In this document: piece after piece, positions 63,150 to 64,000 of the stretch | How positions within the stretch are numbered: the stretch's first letter is position 1 | Layout of the letters: every line of letters begins with the position of its first letter | Source of the DNA: Candidatus Parcubacteria bacterium | Lineage (GTDB): Bacteria > Patescibacteriota > Patescibacteriia > UBA1558 > GWA2-36-10 | DNA length: 64,000 nucleotides | Direction: 5' to 3' | Assembly: GCA_018669975.1 (NCBI GenBank) | Contig: JABHSK010000007.1 | Span: forward strand, 64,390-128,389 | Made by a program: the position numbers and the translations under genes | The notes under the pieces: generated by a model | What the model saw: only the letters and a program-made list of their open reading frames with translations | What the model was told of the DNA's origin: nothing | Database searches by the model: none

Positions 63150-64000
63150 TTTACTAAGCTGGTTGATTAAACCTTTTGTAGAAAAAGGTGGATCGGTTCA
63201 TCAGCCAGATATTGTTTTATTGATAGTAATTGGTTTACTATTATTTTTTGGACTATTCTTTTTATCATCCGCCTCTTCTAGTATAGCCTTTTTTCGTCAC
63301 GGTGATACTTATCGTTTTGTTAAACAACAAATAACCCATGGTTTATTGCCGGGAACTCTTTTGTTTTACGCAGCCTTACGAGTAGACTATAAATTTTATC
63401 GTAAGATTAGCTTAGTATTTTTGGCGCTATCTTTTTTATTTTTAGGCTTAGTGTTTATTCCTAGTTTAACAGGTGGTTTTGGTACAGCTCAGTCATGGGT
63501 GTCTCTCGGTAGTTTTTCATTTCAACCTAGTGAATTTGTAAAGTTATTTTTTATATTATTTTTAGCTGGATGGTTTGATCGTAAAGGTAAGGATATTAGA
63601 AGTCTAACAGCCTCCACTATTCCTTTTATAATTATTTTATTGTTGATTAGTGCCTTGTTAATTAAGCAGCCCGATATAGGTACTTTGAGTATTATTATTT
63701 TTACAGCGTTAATTATTTATTTTGCTGCAGGTGCTAGATGGACTCATTTTATATCTATTCTGGTTGCAGGTGCAATAGCTTTTGGGGCCATGATTAAAGC
63801 TGCTCCTTATCGCATGCATCGTTTTGTGGCTTGGATCAATCCAGAGGCTGATCCACAAGGGATCGGTTGGCAGATAAAACAATCTTTGATAGCGATTGGA
63901 TCAGGTGGATGGTTTGGTATGGGATTAGGAGCCTCTAGGCAAAAATCATATTTACCGATGCCAGCTAATGATTCTATTTTTGCAGTTATTGCTGAAGAAA
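63124..64000 (+). CDS. ftsW: SEDS peptidoglycan polymerase FtsW (3' truncated by window edge)
   Basis: Not in the ORF track. Frame from ATG 63124 reads SASS...FQPSEFVK...QPDIGT...QSLIAIGSGG.FG.GLG.SRQK..LP....DSIF. Confidence 0.93.
   Translation, partial: MVRRRRKNNLLSWLIKPFVEKGGSVHQPDIVLLIVIGLLLFFGLFFLSSASSSIAFFRHGDTYRFVKQQITHGLLPGTLLFYAALRVDYKFYRKISLVFLALSFLFLGLVFIPSLTGGFGTAQSWVSLGSFSFQPSEFVKLFFILFLAGWFDRKGKDIRSLTASTIPFIIILLLISALLIKQPDIGTLSIIIFTALIIYFAAGARWTHFISILVAGAIAFGAMIKAAPYRMHRFVAWINPEADPQGIGWQIKQSLIAIGSGGWFGMGLGASRQKSYLPMPANDSIFAVIAEE

Noticed and set aside
1-64000. Alternative genetic code (TGA read as Gly or Trp)
   Set aside because: Conserved genes are full-length under the standard code and several end in TGA (e.g. 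6487, 58554).

Overview
AT-rich, gene-dense bacterial window using the standard code (TGA is used as stop). Gene content points to a Patescibacteria/CPR (Parcubacteria-like) genome: tandem gpmI, short TsaB, type IV pilin, PP2C-like/beta-propeller membrane protein, and housekeeping genes mostly without a Shine-Dalgarno (SD) sequence. The taxonomy is inference. Contents: (1) 1-10.5 kb, the best candidate for a new system: two stand-alone HisKA_7TM-type receptor proteins, a catalytically degenerate asparaginase-fold protein, an NDT-like/RHH regulator, a monoacylglycerol-lipase-like hydrolase, a long-chain acyl-CoA synthetase, a PLP alpha-oxoamine synthase, an acetoacetate-decarboxylase-fold protein lacking its Lys, and a 7TM-GAF-GAF histidine kinase. 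This suggests a lipid-scavenging, aminoketone-signal synthesis and sensing module. (2) Decayed OLD/TOPRIM and RelA/SpoT-type fragments. (3) Lower glycolysis (pgk, eno, two gpmI), envelope genes, and rplJL with an L10 leader. (4) A dcw cluster split in two (mraZ-rsmH-ftsL-ftsI-murF ... mraY-murD-ftsW), with DnaA and MraZ boxes in its promoter. (5) tRNA-Glu(CTC) followed by a ~2 kb islet with a candidate novel sRNA, an attenuator-controlled GNAT and unannotated small proteins. (6) SAM-I riboswitch-metK, hup, an OLD-family nuclease, a kinase-like orphan and an S8/FG-GAP protease. (7) A surface-glycan cluster that includes a plant-type bifunctional NRS/ER rhamnose enzyme. No CRISPR array, integrase or transposase was seen.
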